Part shown: one piece after another, positions 12,700 through 24,475 of the stretch
Numbering within the stretch: the stretch's first letter is position 1
Layout of the letters: each line of letters starts with the position of its first letter
Origin: the human T2T-CHM13v2.0 reference genome, Homo sapiens
Direction: 5' to 3' (one strand)
DNA: 64,000 bases
Assembly (NCBI RefSeq): GCF_009914755.1
Contig: NC_060933.1
Notes under the pieces: model-generated
Databases searched by the model: none
What the model saw: the letters and a program-made list of their open reading frames with translations, nothing else
Told to the model about the DNA's origin: nothing
Position numbers and translations under genes: made by a program

Positions 12700-12905
12700 C
12701 TTGTTTTAGCAAATAAAGATACAGCACTCCTAGTGAAGTTTGAATTTCAGGCAAATAATAAACAATTTTTTTTTTTTTTTTAGTATAAGTGTGTCTCAAG
12801 TAAGACACACTTATAAGTATGATAAGTCCCCACTTGGGGACATACTTATGTTCAAAAATTATTTGTTGTTTATCTGAAAATTCAAAGTTAACTGAATATC
12901 CTGGT
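12700..12905. mobile_element. MER53 palindromic hAT MITE
   Basis: tttagcaaataaagatacag…tttgaatttcagg…tagtataagt…gggacatacttat…gttgtttatctgaaaattcaaagttaactg; arms are self-complementary. Confidence 0.85.
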
Positions 12906-13092
12906 GTGTGTGGCAGGGGCAGTGGAAGGCTAATGCAGGAGGAGAGTGCCCAGTCTCTGGCCTGAGACCACCGACCTTGTGGAGTGGTCCCGTCATGTGA
13001 AAGACAAATGTGACATTGCCCATTCTTAAAAGCTACTCGAGGTCATCAGCTGAAGAAACTGTGAGCCCCTTACATCTCTGACTGAAACAACA

Positions 13093-13260
13093 TTCTTTCT
13101 TCTTCTTTTTCTTTCTTTTCTTTTTTTTGGAGACAGTCTTGCGCTGTTGCCTAGGCTGGGGTGCAGTGGTGCAATCGTGACTCACTGCAGCCATGACCTC
13201 CTGGGCTCAAGTGCTACTCCCGCCTCAACCTCCCAAAGTGTTGCTGTTACAGGCATGAGC
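13093..13260 (-). mobile_element. FRAM (free right Alu monomer)
   Basis: Single monomer: gagacagtcttgcgctgttgcc…ctcccaaagtgttgctgttacaggcatgagc. Confidence 0.8.
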
Positions 13261-13924
13261 TCTTTTTGTCTCTCTCTTTCTTCATTTTTGGACAGACACT
13301 GGATAAGTCTGTATAATATAAATAGTATCCTCTAATACAGAATATGCAGATCCCAAGGAAAAATCAAACCCAACAGGATCAGAAACAAGGAGCAGCAAAG
13401 AAATCTTTTCCCCATGGTCACCTGGTTTCCTGTCCTTTCTTGTGGCCTCTGGATCTAGGGACCAATGGGTCATTTCCTGGCTTTCTCCTCTTCCTAACTT
13501 CTGGTTCTCTCAGAAATTTCTCAGATTCCGCAGAATAAAAACTGGATTGCACAAAGTTTCTACATGCATTAGATAATTGCAAACTAAATGTAACAATTTG
13601 GTGTTAAACCATGTTACATGCCCACGCATAATTCAAAAAAAGTAGGAAGAATAATTTAATAAACTTAAGAGTTTGAAACCAATATAAGTAGGCTCTTGGC
13701 CTCCGAAGAAGCCAGCAAAAGTACTGTGCTTGATAGCCTTTACAAATCAAATGGGTCAGCATCTGAGAGCATTTCAAAGCCTTCGCAAAATAGAGTTGAC
13801 ACATCATAATCTTTTAATGGCATAAATTCCCATTAGCATCAACTGCTGCATAGATAATGTTCATGATGGTGATTAGAAATGTTAATTTCTTAGAGCAATC
13901 ATAATTTTCTTTAATCTTCTGTGG

Positions 13925-14190
13925 CAGTGTTTTTTTAAACTGCAGGTTATGACTCATTAGTAGGTTGTGAAATCAATTTAGTGGGATATAATCAGCATTT
14001 AAAAGAAAAGAATAGATTGAATAGAAAATACCCAATTTCATTGCATATTGCAATTGCATATTGTCAATGTAAATATTATTTCATCTACATTAATTTCAAT
14101 TTTCCAAATACATATGTGTAACTATTTGGTTATAATATAAAATGTATTTCATATGGTATGTCATACTCAAAAATGTTGGAAAACAACTAT
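13925..14190 (+). mobile_element. hAT-Charlie MITE (MER112-like)
   Basis: cagtgttttt…aaactgcaggtt…gtgaaatcaatttagtggg…taaaatgtatttc…gttggaaaacaact with terminal inverted ends. Confidence 0.6.
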
Positions 14191-14429
14191 TCTATAATGC
14201 AATGAATAAATTCTAAGACTGAGCTGAAAGTGAATCACAACTTAAATTCTCACAAATTCATGAGAGAGGAAGAAAGTATTTTCAGTAGAAGATATTATAA
14301 TGGCCAATATGTTTTTATCAATAATTGGATCACTTCCCCATTTGCTGTGAGTTTTGTTCAGGGTTGTAAATGTGGTGCTTCATTTCTTATCAGTGGGAAA
14401 GGGATGCTTTTTGTATCTCCATACATAAG

Positions 14430-14652
14430 TGAGGGCTATGGGGTCAGACTGTCTCTACCATTTAATGGTCAACTTATCTTGAGCATGTTACTGAATTGCT
14501 CTATGCCCCAATTTCCTTATTTATAAAATAGAGCCTGTAAAATCTGGTAATTGAACTATTGTAAAGAATAAACAAATGTATACATGGAATGCATCCAACA
14601 CAGTGTTTGGCACATAGTAAGTTCTCAATAAATGTCAGTTACTGACATTATT
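14430..14652 (+). mobile_element. MIR SINE
   Basis: MIR core plus 3' tail cacagtgtttggcacatagtaagttctcaataaatg. Confidence 0.75.
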
Positions 14653-14989
14653 ACTTTAAAATATCTTTATTTGAGAATGGCAAATATAGGGTAACTTGCC
14701 TCAAATTTTTATTTTTGTCTCTGATAAGGGGAGAGTGGGGCCTGCAGTATGCTTTGTGGTTCAGTTCATGCCTGGTCCCTGGTCCCGTGATTCTTCTGCA
14801 AAGCCTTTGTATTTCTTAGTTCATTGGGATAAAATGCTTTAGAGCAGCGGTTCTCAAGCTGGACACATGATATGATTCATGGGATTGCAAAACTTCTAAG
14901 TCGCAATCAGGATTTTGAATGAATGTGCATATATACACTTGGAGAGTGGGTGAAGAGAACTGACAAATTAGTATTGTCAGAGGGGTCAC

Positions 14990-15220
14990 ATGGTATAGTG
15001 AAGAGTTAGACATACTTGGACCTAAGGCCAAGCTTGCTAATTAGCATTTTAACCTTTAGCGAATTACTTAACTTCCTGTAGCTCAACTTACTCCATCTGT
15101 AAAATGGGAATTAAAAATAGCTCCTATATCATTTGGTTGTTGAAATAAATAACGTTTACAGTATTTGTAAAGAGTTGAGCATGGTAGCACATGATGGGTC
15201 CTCAAGAGAATATTAATAGT
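14990..15220 (+). mobile_element. MIR SINE
   Basis: ttacttaacttc…ccatctgtaaaatgggaat. Confidence 0.7.
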
Positions 15221-15324
15221 AGAAGAAGAGTAGATACACTGGAAAATGAATGAAATAGTTGGTATTCTGAGTTTTCATTTTGGAATGCTGAATCTATCAC
15301 TGAATCATTGAGTAGCCCACTTGT

Positions 15325-15520
15325 CCCTTCATTTATTAAACAAAACTTGATTGAATGTTGCCATGTGTTAAGGATTGTGTGAGGTGTTAAGAAGGTAGTA
15401 ATGAACCAGACACATTCTCTGCCCTATCTAGGGAGATGACAAACAGGTAGTGACCAACCATGACGCTACAGCAGGCAAACAAACTATGGGGCTAAGAGAG
15501 AATGTAGGAGACATTTCTAA
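15325..15520 (-). mobile_element. L2 3' fragment
   Basis: ttcatttattaaacaaaacttgattgaatgttgccatgtg…ctctgccct. Confidence 0.55.
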
Positions 15521-16666
15521 CTCAGAACCACATTCAACAAGTCTGTGGTTTTGTTTTGTCTTATAGTTCTAGTTTGAATTTCAGCACTGAACAGGAGAAA
15601 CTTCCTTCTGTTTAACACTGCAAATTATTAGTGAAGTGTAATGTACTTAGTAAAGCACAGGAAGGATTGGATTTAATCCACAGAACCTAAAGGAAACTGC
15701 TCTTCATATGGCTCCAAGGATGAGGACAGATAGATGAGGACTTTGTAGTATTGGGACTAGAGAATAGGACAAATACCCACTTTCAAAACAAGTTACAACG
15801 CAGAGTATTACCATTTTTGCCTTGACTTCCAGGAAGCTTAAATTTAATGCTATATTATAACAAGTACAGTACCATAATTTTTTTCCTTCTCCTTCTTCTC
15901 AATGGTTTTTGATTTTCCATTTTAATATACTATTGTGTGTGTTAAGGTATTTATTATTGTGTGTATATATATCACACACACATATACTCACACATATGCC
16001 ATATCAAATGGTTTTTGAAAGTAGATAGGGTAAAAATTACTATTAAATAACCTCAGATAACACTGCATCTTACATATTATGTCAGCCTTTTTCTTTATAT
16101 ACGTTTATAATTCATGGACATAACTAAACTGTAGTATATTTAAATCTTATAAAATTGAGTCACACTATAATATCTATTCTAGGAGAATTTAATAGCAGTA
16201 ACTGTCTTACAGGAGAGACCCCTATGTTATCAATAATTTATTGTGTCATAGTATCATTTGGGATTATATCTATTATTAGGAGACATAAGGTCACTGTATT
16301 AATTCGTTTAAATTATTTTCACACTCTCTGGACACAGACTCTTTTACCTTTGAGTAAAGCTGTCAGGATAGCCAAATCAATGTCCTGGTGTCCTTCTGAT
16401 CCCATCCGAAATACCGTAATCTGCAATTTGAGACAAGGTGATCATTAGCAAAGCATTTTTCCCCCAAGAGAAATTAAATCAATGAGACCACATCTGAGCA
16501 GAGACTATCTCTATATCTACAAAGTAGATTCTTAACCACAGGGTAAGCACACATAACAAGAATCCGATGAGAGAGCTCTGCAATTTATTAAGAGGGAGAT
16601 GCCTCAGTAGTTTCCAAACACAGACCACTTATAGTTGCACTGTTTTGGTCATAACCATATACACCC

Positions 16667-16992
16667 CACTATGGTCTAATGGTCGTGTTCCCCCAAAGTG
16701 CATATGTTGAAACCTACTCACCAATGTGATAGCTTTAGGAGGTGGGTCTTTGGGAGGTCATTAGGTGATGATTAATAGTCATTATAAAATTAGTGCCATT
16801 ATGAAAGGCCTCTCCCTTCCACCTCCCACCACGTGAGGACACAGCTAGAACTGCTGTTTATGAACCATTTGAATCTGTGCTGCCTTGATTTTGGACTTCT
16901 CAGCCTCCAGAACTGTATGAAATAAATTTCTGTTGTTTGTAAGCTACCCATTTTATAGTATTTTGTTATAGCAGCCTGAATAGACTAAGACA
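16667..16992 (+). mobile_element. MLT1A-like MaLR solo LTR
   Basis: ctatggtctaat…catatgttgaaacct…ttggacttctcagcctccagaactgt…aataaatttctgttgttt…gactaagaca. Confidence 0.85.
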
Positions 16993-17959
16993 GCCTGCTC
17001 CCCCAATAAAAAAATAAAACTATGATTTTGGGGCCCTTGCTATGAGTCAGGCATAGCAATGCATATTTAAAAATATGTTACCTTCCATTCTTTCTGGTTT
17101 TATGTAAATACATAAAATAAATATATGTATTACATGAGGAAAGATATATATGACTATGTAATCAAAACATCACTAATGCAAACATTTATATTAGATATAG
17201 ATGGAGAAATTAATACAACTAAGCAATCCAGTTCCATAACTCCTAAATTGTACAGGACAGCTGGTCACAGACCCATTTAATAGAGTAGAGGATAACTTCA
17301 AGCAGAGTAAGTGGGTAAAGTCCATTACAGTGTTGGTGGAGTACATCTGACTTTGTATTTCGCCCTAGAACAATGAGATTGTCACAGAGTCCATAGATCA
17401 CTGATGTGGACAGAGAGTGGCTGACATAATGGAGTATCATTTTGTACATAAACAACATAGTTATGTGGCCTCAGGCATAACTCTCAACTTCTGGGGCAGT
17501 GATAACTAATGGCAGAGAAAGAGGGAAAGAAAAAGTTCCAAACAGTGCTTAACAATAATGAAGCATTTGTTTTCCAAGTCAGAGGAGGCTATAGAAAAAA
17601 AGCCAAAATATTGCTTGAATATCCACATTTGAGTTATTATAGTACTCAACTGTTTCATGCCTCGAGCTTATCTCTAGAATGGGATAATAATGGTGCTTAT
17701 GTATTTCCAACTACATAGGAAGTAAACAATCAGATTTGCTACTCTATAAGTCTAGGTTTTATCACTATGGTAGTGAGAATAGACACACAGAACCACAGAC
17801 TGTTAATTAGTTGCCTTAGAAAACTTCCAGTCCACCACCTAAAGACAAGGTAGTTTGTTTAAGGTCACACAATGAGCTAGAAGAACAGCTGTGATTGGAA
17901 TTGAATAACTCTCACCTTTATAACTTGGGAAAAAATAAGGAGAGGGAAGAATAAGATAA

Positions 17960-18393
<434 letters not shown>

Positions 18394-19439
18394 CTGATCT
18401 AAAAAACTTAAAATATGAAGAGCCAAACAAACTCCATCTATCTGCTGTATTTGGATCATAGGTTATAGTTGTGATCTCTGGTAAGGGCCGTCAGGTAGAG
18501 GTGTGTCCCAATTCAATTAAATTTTCCAGAAATCTGCTTCTGCATAACTACAGGTTTGGCCAAGATGCCATCTGGACATTATCCCAAACAGCTATTTAAT
18601 GCCCCCAAAGTTTCCACTTGGAAGTTGAGAGGGAACTATTCTATCCTCTGAACTCAGGAAGGGATTCCTGAATTAAGGGGAAAATTTGGGGTCCACTGGA
18701 GAAAGAACCAGGGGACAGAGGTGAAATTTTGGCTGGCCCTTTAAGTCAACTCTTTACGCCAGGGCTGGCTATGGTCTGAAAGATATTATCATGTATCATG
18801 TACTTAGCTGGCAGCAAGCTGAGGACACTCAGGATAACATCAGAGTTCATTGTTTAGAATTAAGAAATTAGGCATCAAATGGAATTCCTTAACCATCTGA
18901 CTTGTTCTGCTGATGACTAAAATTTTGCTTCATAAAGATCACATTTCAGATGGAAATTCTTCCGAGGCAGCAAATAGATAAGATTAAATTTACCCTGAAA
19001 TACAAGATTATCAGGTTTTCCTAGCAACACATTTAGGTTTGAGGTTGAGGAAAGGAAGATGGGTAAATGCAGTGTTTCCATAGGGTTTCTGAGGAAAGGG
19101 CCTTGGAATATTTTGGTACAACAGGGCTTCACAGTTTTTCTGGAAAACCGATGTGGGGGCAATGACTGCTCACCTGTTCATGCCCCATCCTTGTGCTGGT
19201 TTCAGAACCCAAGGACCCGGGAGTGACCCAGGGTGTGGGAGGAAGGATGCCTTAAAAAGAGGAAAAGGGAGGACCAAGGGGAGGCTGGAGGCTCCAAAGA
19301 GAAAGTTACATTATAATCTTGCCTGGACTAACCTGAGATATTATGTATTCATCACCACTCCATTTTTATTTTATTTGAAATTTGAATGTTTAAAAATATT
19401 AATTATATATTTTTCATATCTGCTTCAGAAAAAAAAAGT

Positions 19440-20800
19440 CAAAGAAAAACTAAGGCCTTCCTTTCCTATCACCCATCAATGTTGGCAGAGATGGAAAAAA
19501 CAGGTATTCTTAAATATTCTTGGAGGGAATGTGAATTAAAATAGTAGTTTTGGGAGATGGTATGTCGACATAAAATTCCTTGATTTTGATGCATTATTCT
19601 TAGCAACACTGAATCTTATTTGCTAATACTTTATTTAGGATTTTTGCAATGATGTTTGTGAGTGAGGTTGGTACCTGTCACCAGTCTTATCTGGTTTGGG
19701 TATTAGAGTTACGCTAACCTTCTGAGTTGGGAACGTTTTCCCCTTCATGTTGCAGATAGTCCCTATAACAAAGGAATTCACCTGCTTCTGGCAGAGTTAG
19801 CAGGATGTTTATATGCTGTTTGGTGCCGGACCATTTTTATGGATAGATTGCTGATTATCTTTATAATTTCTTCAACAGTTATTGATCAGTTGAGATTTTC
19901 TGCCTCTCATTGACTCAAGTTCATGTTTTTCTAGATAATCGAGCATTTCATCAACATTTTGCTAATATTTTATTTCATCCTAAATAAAATATTAGCAAAT
20001 AAGACCCAGTGTTGTTAAGAATATCAAAATCAAGAAATTTTATGTCAACGTATCAAATCCCAAAATTTCAAATTTTCACATTTATTGTTATTTAGTTGTA
20101 CATAGAATTCTCTTACTGTTTTAAAATCTCTTTTATATCCAGAATTATATGGCAATTTTTTCATTCCTCTCTATGTTTCACTATATCAAAATCATGGTCA
20201 TTTCAAAGAATCAGTTTTTCATTGTATTGATCAATATTATTATTATTGTTATTTTCTGAGACAAGGTCTCACTCTGTTGCCCAGGCTGGAGTGCAATGGC
20301 ATGAGCATAGCTCAGTATAACCTTGAAGTCCCAGGCTCAAGTGACCCTCCCACCTCAGCCTCCTGAGTACCTGGGACTACAGTCATGCACCACCACTCTC
20401 TGATAAATTTTTAACTTTTTGTAGAGATGGGGGTCTCACTATGTTGCCCAGAGCGATCTCAAACTCTTGGACTTAAGCCATCCTCACACCTTGGCCTCTC
20501 AAAGTGTTGGGATTACAGGCATGAGACACCATGCCTGGCCCAATATTATTACATACAGTTTAAAGTATTATCTTTTATCATTATCCATTCATTTCTTCTA
20601 CTTTTGCTTCCTTAGGTGTTCTTTTCATAGAATCTTAAGTTGACTTCCTAGTCAATTTATTTTTATTCTTTCTTGTTTTCTAATTAATGCATTTAAAATT
20701 ATGTATCTCACATTTTTTATATGCACTTTGTCATTTTCGTTCATTTTTAAATGTAATTTATTTCCTTTTACTAAAAATTGTGTTTTTAATATTACAGTGG
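19440..20800 (-). mobile_element. Old L1M ORF2 remnant, rearranged (short plus-strand piece 19440-19590, then minus-strand ORF2)
   Basis: tttgctaatactttatttaggatttttgca…tctggtttgggtattagagtt is antisense L1 RT region; ttcttggagggaatgtgaatt is sense ORF2 3' region. Confidence 0.7.
20243..20540 (-). mobile_element. AluJ
   Basis: Dimeric Alu; TSD caatattatta at 20232-20242 and 20541-20551. Confidence 0.92.
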
Positions 20801-20802
20801 AT

Positions 20803-21066
20803 TTATATATATCCTATAAATTACCTAATCATATACATATATATGTTTATATGGTTAGGTATATGTGTATATATATGGGTATATATGTGTGTATATACAT
20901 ATTAATACATATATACATGTATTAATATATGTAATATATACACATGTGTATATATACACACACATATGTAAAACCACACATGTATATACACACATACGTA
21001 TGTAAAACCACATATATGTACATATACATATATACAAATAATGATATATGTGTATATATACATAGA
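20803..21066. repeat. Degenerate (TA)/(TG)/(CA) low-complexity tract
   Basis: Alternating purine-pyrimidine runs seen directly. Confidence 0.9.
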
Positions 21067-21262
21067 TATCATAATTTGTTGGCTGTAGAATATTTTATTA
21101 TATGCATGTACCATGACTTATTTAGCCAGTCTTCCGCTAATGAACATTTGGATCAATTTTCAATCTTTTGCTATTACAAACGCCATTGCAGTGAATATCT
21201 GTATATGCACATGGGTGAGTATATCAGTAAAATAAACTTTGTAGATATGGAATTTCTTGGCC
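21067..21262 (-). mobile_element. L1ME-like 3' fragment
   Basis: gaatattttattatatgcatgtaccat…aatgaacatttgg…tttgctattacaaac…gcagtgaatat. Confidence 0.7.
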
Positions 21263-21403
21263 TATTAGCTACTCTGAGGGGAGTTCTTTAATTTATTATT
21301 CTGATTTTACTCTCAGGGCCCTTTCCTGTTCCCTGCCTTTATTTTGATCCTGTATGGTAACTGAAATAACTGTTCATAGTGTATACTTTTCTCCTAGAAT
21401 AAT

Positions 21404-21690
21404 TTGGAAACCCCTCCCTCCCTCCCTCCCTCCCTCCCTCCCGCCCTTCCTTCCTTCCTGGAAACTCCTTCCTCCCTCACTCCCTCTCTCCCTTCCTGCC
21501 TTCCTTCCTGGAAACTCCTTCCTTCTTTCCTTCCTTCCTTCCTTCCTTCCTTCCTTCCTTCCTTCCTTCCTTCCTTCCCTTCCTCCTTCTCTCCCTCCCT
21601 CCCTCCATCTTTCCCTCCTTTTCTCTCTCTCTTTCTCTCTCCCTCCCTCCCTCTTTCTTTTCTTTTCTTTTTCTTTTTTTTTTTTTTTTT
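21404..21690. repeat. Polypyrimidine/(GGAA)n composite microsatellite (Alu tail derived)
   Basis: (CCCT)n and (TTCC)n; 13 consecutive TTCC at 21527-21578. Confidence 0.95.
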
Positions 21691-21939
21691 GAGACAGGGT
21701 CTCACTCTGTCTCCCAGGCTGGAGTGCATGATCTTGGCTCACTGCAGCCTCAACCTCCCAAGGCTCAGGTGATCCTTCTGCTTCAGCCTCCTGAATAGCT
21801 GGGGCTACAGGTGCACACCACCATGCCCGGCTAATTTTTGTATGTTTTTTAGAGACAGGGTTTCACCCCGGGCTCAAGTGATCTGCCCGTCTTGGCCTCC
21901 CAACGTGTTGGGATCACGGGTGTCAGCCACCGCGCTGGA
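21691..21939 (-). mobile_element. AluJ (Jb-like) with internal deletion
   Basis: Dimeric Alu; tttcacc joins directly to ccgggctcaagtgatc (~25 bp missing). Confidence 0.9.
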
Positions 21940-22669
21940 TCTGAAACACTAGTTTCTATACCTCCTTTAACATTCCAGAAATTGCTAAAAATTTCTTGTC
22001 TCATAATGTGGTATACTTTTCCCTCTCCCTTCATGATGAGCACTTATAGAATCTGCTGAGGAGATATACATATTTGTGATTTTGTCTTTTTTGTGTTATT
22101 TGAGGATGAGGAGCAGGAAGGGAGATAGGCATATATGCTCATTCTATCAAATCTCACCAATATGAATTTTAATAGAAAAAGATTTTAAATTGGGTAGAAG
22201 TAAAAGTTATTAACTTAATCATTTTGTAGGTGATTTAGTAAAGTCTGATATTTATTTACTATAAAATTGGTATTTTCAACATGCACCCTAAAACTTTTGG
22301 ATGTTTGCAACTGGGTAGTTGATCTTATCAAAGCACTATGGAATACAGTGAGATTCTTCTTGAAAATCCCAAAAAACTCAACATCAAAACATTTTGTTAA
22401 AAAAACACTTTTCCTCCGAATTCAGTTTGATGGATTATATCTTCTGCTCTCTTGTGGACAGATTACCTTAGGCTAGATGGAATTTTGATTCTCACGTTGA
22501 AGAGAAGCAAAATCTTTCAAACTGATATGGTCCCCTTTTCTCCATCCCACCAACCCGCCTGCCAACCAGCTTTCCTGTGTATGTGCTTGCTCTTATTTTG
22601 TGCCCCCTTAAAAGTCAGAAATCTGCACATTGCACTTGTCACTCTCACCCTCTTGCATGTAGTTGATTT

Positions 22670-23830
22670 GTTATTGGGCATATTAATTGAGTATCTCTTC
22701 TGTGCCAGGCACCGTTTAGGTGCTGGGAATGGAGCAGTGAACCACACTGACAACAACTCCCTGCCTTCATAGAACCTGCCTTCCAGAAAGGGAAGACAGA
22801 GCAAAAGTAAGTAAAACATATGATCTGCCAGACAGTGAAAAGTTCTCTGCCACATGGGTTCTTCCTCCTATCTACTTCTCTTTCTCTGTCCTCATTGTCA
22901 GCCTTTGTTCAGTCTGTGGCATCTACTATTACACTCCTTTTTTTGCTAGTCTTCTTGATTCTGGTCCTGTCCATCCCTCCTTTCATTCTAGTCTCTGTGC
23001 AGCTGTTCAGGCCATCTTCCATGCCTGATTATATCACTCTCCATATTAGAACGTTTAAAGTGGCCTTCATTCCCTATGACATAAAGCTAAAAATTCTTAG
23101 CAGGGCATTCAAAGACTGCTGATGTCACACTCCCAAAACTTTAAAAAAAATTATTTTTATTTCAATAGTTTTTGGAGTACAGGTGGCCTTTGGTTACATG
23201 GATAAGTTCTATAGTGGTGATTTCTGAGATTTTAGTGCACCTGTCATCTGAGCAGTGTACATTGTACCCAATATTGTACCCAACCATCCTCCCAACCTTC
23301 CCCCACAAATCCCCTTAGTCCATTATATCATACTTATGCCTTTGCATCCTCATAGCTTAGCTCCTACTTATTAGTGAAAACATACCAGACTTGGTTTTCC
23401 ATCAATCCTTTCTTTGGTCTTATCTCTTGCTGACTGCACTCCCACCATCACAGCATGACCCGATCCCACGTACCTGATGCCCTAGCTGGGCTGAGCATCT
23501 TGCTCCTCTCAGGATCCTTTACGTTGTTTCTAGCCTATCTGCCTTTTTGTTCATTCAGTTCCTTGCTGAAATACCCTTCCCTCTGCTTGGTGAACAAACT
23601 AGAAGACTTTCAGTAGACATGTGCATTTAAGAAGCTCTCTTCTATAATGTAACTAGGATCCAACCCTTGCTTTCTCTTCATGCCCCTATGATTCTCTAAG
23701 CTTAAGGCATTCCAGGATGCCACTTCCAATCTCTATTTGCACACATCTCTCTGCACTGAAGAGCAGTTTATTTGCAGTCAGGAGTCCTAGTCCTTGCTCA
23801 GTAAGCATTTGTTGAGTAGATGAATTATTA
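22670..23830. mobile_element. L2 fragments (both orientations), interrupted by an L1PB 3' end
   Basis: ttgagtatctcttctgtgccaggcac (minus 3' end); gattatatcactctcc…aaaattcttag and cagtaagcatttgttgagtagatgaat (plus). Confidence 0.6.
23150..23402 (-). mobile_element. 5'-truncated L1PB 3' end
   Basis: Reverse-complement match to the 3' UTR of the L1PB at 58570-58825 in this window. Confidence 0.85.
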
Positions 23831-24104
23831 CCAAGTGGTTATGTTTAGGAGACTGGTTTGAAAGAAGCAAACATTAAAAAGGAGTACATTCAACACAAGA
23901 ATGGTAACATAGCAAAGTGAATGTGGTGTATTAAGCCACAGACCAAGAGTTTGTCACAAGTGTCAAGAGCCAATTTTAACACAAGAGTCTACTGAACACT
24001 CTATTATTGTTCAGGGGTCAATCACCCAGTCAAGCATTATGGGATAGAAAGTGGGCTGCCTCAGGTTAGACATTATTTAAAACATTTTTGGGGGGTGGTA
24101 ATTG

Positions 24105-24475
24105 CATGGGTAAATGTATATTTTGCTATTATTTAAAACTATTTAAAAGACAACTGACTTTTATAACAATAATAATACATTGTAGAATTTATAACATATA
24201 TAAGTAAAATATATTATAGCATTAGCATAAAGGCAGGGAAAGGCAATAGAAGGGCACAGTTTTAAGGTTTTTACACTATCGATGAATACTGAAAAGTAGA
24301 CTGTGAAAAGTTAGTGTTATGCTGTAGGTCCCAAAGCAACAACTACAGTAACCATCACTAAATTACTTTAAAAAAAAAAACAACAAGAGAGATGAAGTGA
24401 AGTAATAATAATCCAAAAGAAGACAGGGAAAAAGAAGTAACAAAGCACAGACGGAACCAATAAGAGAATGATAGG
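24105..24475 (+). mobile_element. Old L1M (L1MC/MD/ME) inter-ORF fragment
   Basis: aaaagacaactgac…tttataacatatataagtaaaat…agtagactgtgaaaagtta…aatccaaaagaagacag. Confidence 0.6.

Noticed and set aside
16469-16542. Plus-strand exon candidate (ttttcccccaag…cagg|gtaagc)
   Set aside because: Stops in all three frames and no other supporting exons; such signal pairs are frequent by chance.
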